From an uncultured delta proteobacterium (lineage in GTDB: Bacteria > Myxococcota_A > Polyangia > Polyangiales > Polyangiaceae), in contig CAWDXG010000004.1 in assembly GCA_963806225.1 (NCBI GenBank), positions 4,928,001 through 4,992,000 of the forward strand: a stretch of DNA of 64,000 nucleotides, read 5' to 3'. The translations under genes and the position numbers were made by a program. Under the pieces are notes generated by a model, which searched no databases, was not told where the DNA came from, and saw only the letters and a program-made list of their open reading frames with translations. Positions 62,995 through 64,000 of the stretch are shown one piece after another. The stretch's first letter is position 1. Every line of letters starts with the position of its first letter.

Positions 62995-64000
62995 TCAGCC
63001 CCGCGTCTGGCTGCCGCTCGAAAAGCGCAGGCCGCGGATGCGCACGGCGGGGGCTGCGACCGAGCCGGTGCTCGACCACCAGTTGGGCAACAGCTGGCGC
63101 AGGCGCGTCACGCCGTCGGCGCGTTCGAACGCTTCTAGCAGGCTGTCGGTAAAGCGCAGGTTGCCCACCGCGCGGGTCGGCTGGCCTTTTTCCACCAGAA
63201 ACGTGCCGTCGCGCGTCAGACCGGTCATCACGGCGCGGCGCGGCTCGAGCATGCCGTTGACGTAGTGCAGCCGGCGCACGTGAAGTCCGCGGTCGAGGTC
63301 CGTAATCAGCTCGTCCACGCTGGCCGCGTCGCCGCCGTCCATGACCAGCGCGCTCGGCGCAGGGCCGCCTTCGCCGAAGCTCGACGGGACCGAAGCGCTG
63401 CCGGTGGAGTGCGTGCCGAGGCGCGCCGCCCAGCTCCGGTCGTACAGCACGCCGCGGGCAACGCCGCGCTCCACCAGCGGCACGCGCCGCCGCGCCATGC
63501 CCTCGCGATCGAATGGGACCGCGAAGGACAGCTCCCCCAGTGGGTCCTCCGTGATGCTGAACGCAGTTCCGGAGATGTGCTCGCCGATTCGACCGGAGAG
63601 CGCGCTGGCGCCCTGGTCGTACTCGCGCGCGCCCAGCGCGATCATTCCGAACCACTCGATGAGCTCCGCCACGGCGGGCGGCTCCAGTACCACGTCGTAG
63701 CTGCCAGCGGGCAGGGCGATGGGGTTGCGCGAGCGCTCCGCGTCGCGGATCGCCCGCTCGGTCTCGGCAGCGAGGTCCAGCGCGCCGACATCGGCGTGTG
63801 CTGCGAGGCCGTGACCCGCCGCGCCGCCGCTGCCGGCGCTTTCCAGTGCCCAGATCTTGAACAACGCAGTGGTGCCGGCGTGCGCGCGCCGGAGCCCGCC
63901 GGTGGTGGCGACCGCGTGGACGCTCGACGTGGCGTCGAGCACACCGGTCGCGACGAGCCCAGCGGCGGCCACGCGATCGAGCACCGGGCGCAGCAACTCC
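62995..64000 (-). CDS. TldD/PmbA family protein (TldE-like), 5'-partial
   Basis: G.YDVVLEPPAV, PFDREG, STG.A, TGLTRDGTFLVE.G and NLRFTDS. Confidence 0.85.
   Translation of the reverse strand, partial: ELLRPVLDRVAAAGLVATGVLDATSSVHAVATTGGLRRAHAGTTALFKIWALESAGSGGAAGHGLAAHADVGALDLAAETERAIRDAERSRNPIALPAGSYDVVLEPPAVAELIEWFGMIALGAREYDQGASALSGRIGEHISGTAFSITEDPLGELSFAVPFDREGMARRRVPLVERGVARGVLYDRSWAARLGTHSTGSASVPSSFGEGGPAPSALVMDGGDAASVDELITDLDRGLHVRRLHYVNGMLEPRRAVMTGLTRDGTFLVEKGQPTRAVGNLRFTDSLLEAFERADGVTRLRQLLPNWWSSTGSVAAPAVRIRGLRFSSGSQTRG

Noticed and set aside
62995..64000. TldD/PmbA as the leader peptidase for the 34.2-kb peptide
   Set aside because: It lies about 27 kb away, is a widespread housekeeping family, and nothing links it to the peptide locus

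Overview
Very GC-rich bacterial chromosomal segment. It is most likely Myxococcota (Polyangiales-like), inferred from a MYXO-CTERM protein, a Ser/Thr kinase-TPR/PEGA-lipoprotein cassette, Gly/Cys-rich lipoproteins, a DUF2378-like protein and two sigma-54 activators. Housekeeping content: dnaA (no dnaN or rpmH neighbours; a DnaA-box pair lies upstream), ccmE-hemE-hemY, tRNA-Gln(UUG), ECF sigma plus putative anti-sigma, PP2C phosphatase, OmpW, rpiA, mutM, a BamA/TamA-family protein, a heterodimeric ABC exporter, a GMC oxidoreductase, cobA/hemD, a SufS-like enzyme, two-component genes and a partial TldD/PmbA. Many genes, including essential dnaA, are broken by 1-nt indels that look like sequencing or assembly errors. 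The most notable observations are: (i) a compact 70-aa peptide gene ending GYGVMGCNY directly upstream of a B12-dependent radical SAM enzyme, a candidate undescribed RiPP-like or peptide-modifying system; (ii) two intergenic tandem arrays of a 72-bp unit built around the perfect palindrome GACATAACCGGTTATGTC, with no spacers, so not CRISPR; (iii) a sigma-54 module joining an MBL hydrolase, an NKFDE-type GAF activator and a hemerythrin; (iv) a window-wide leaderless-mRNA signature (TAnnnT 6-8 nt before start codons); (v) an HtrA-like pseudoprotease. No integrase, transposase, phage gene or CRISPR was seen. All calls are by motif recognition, without database searches.
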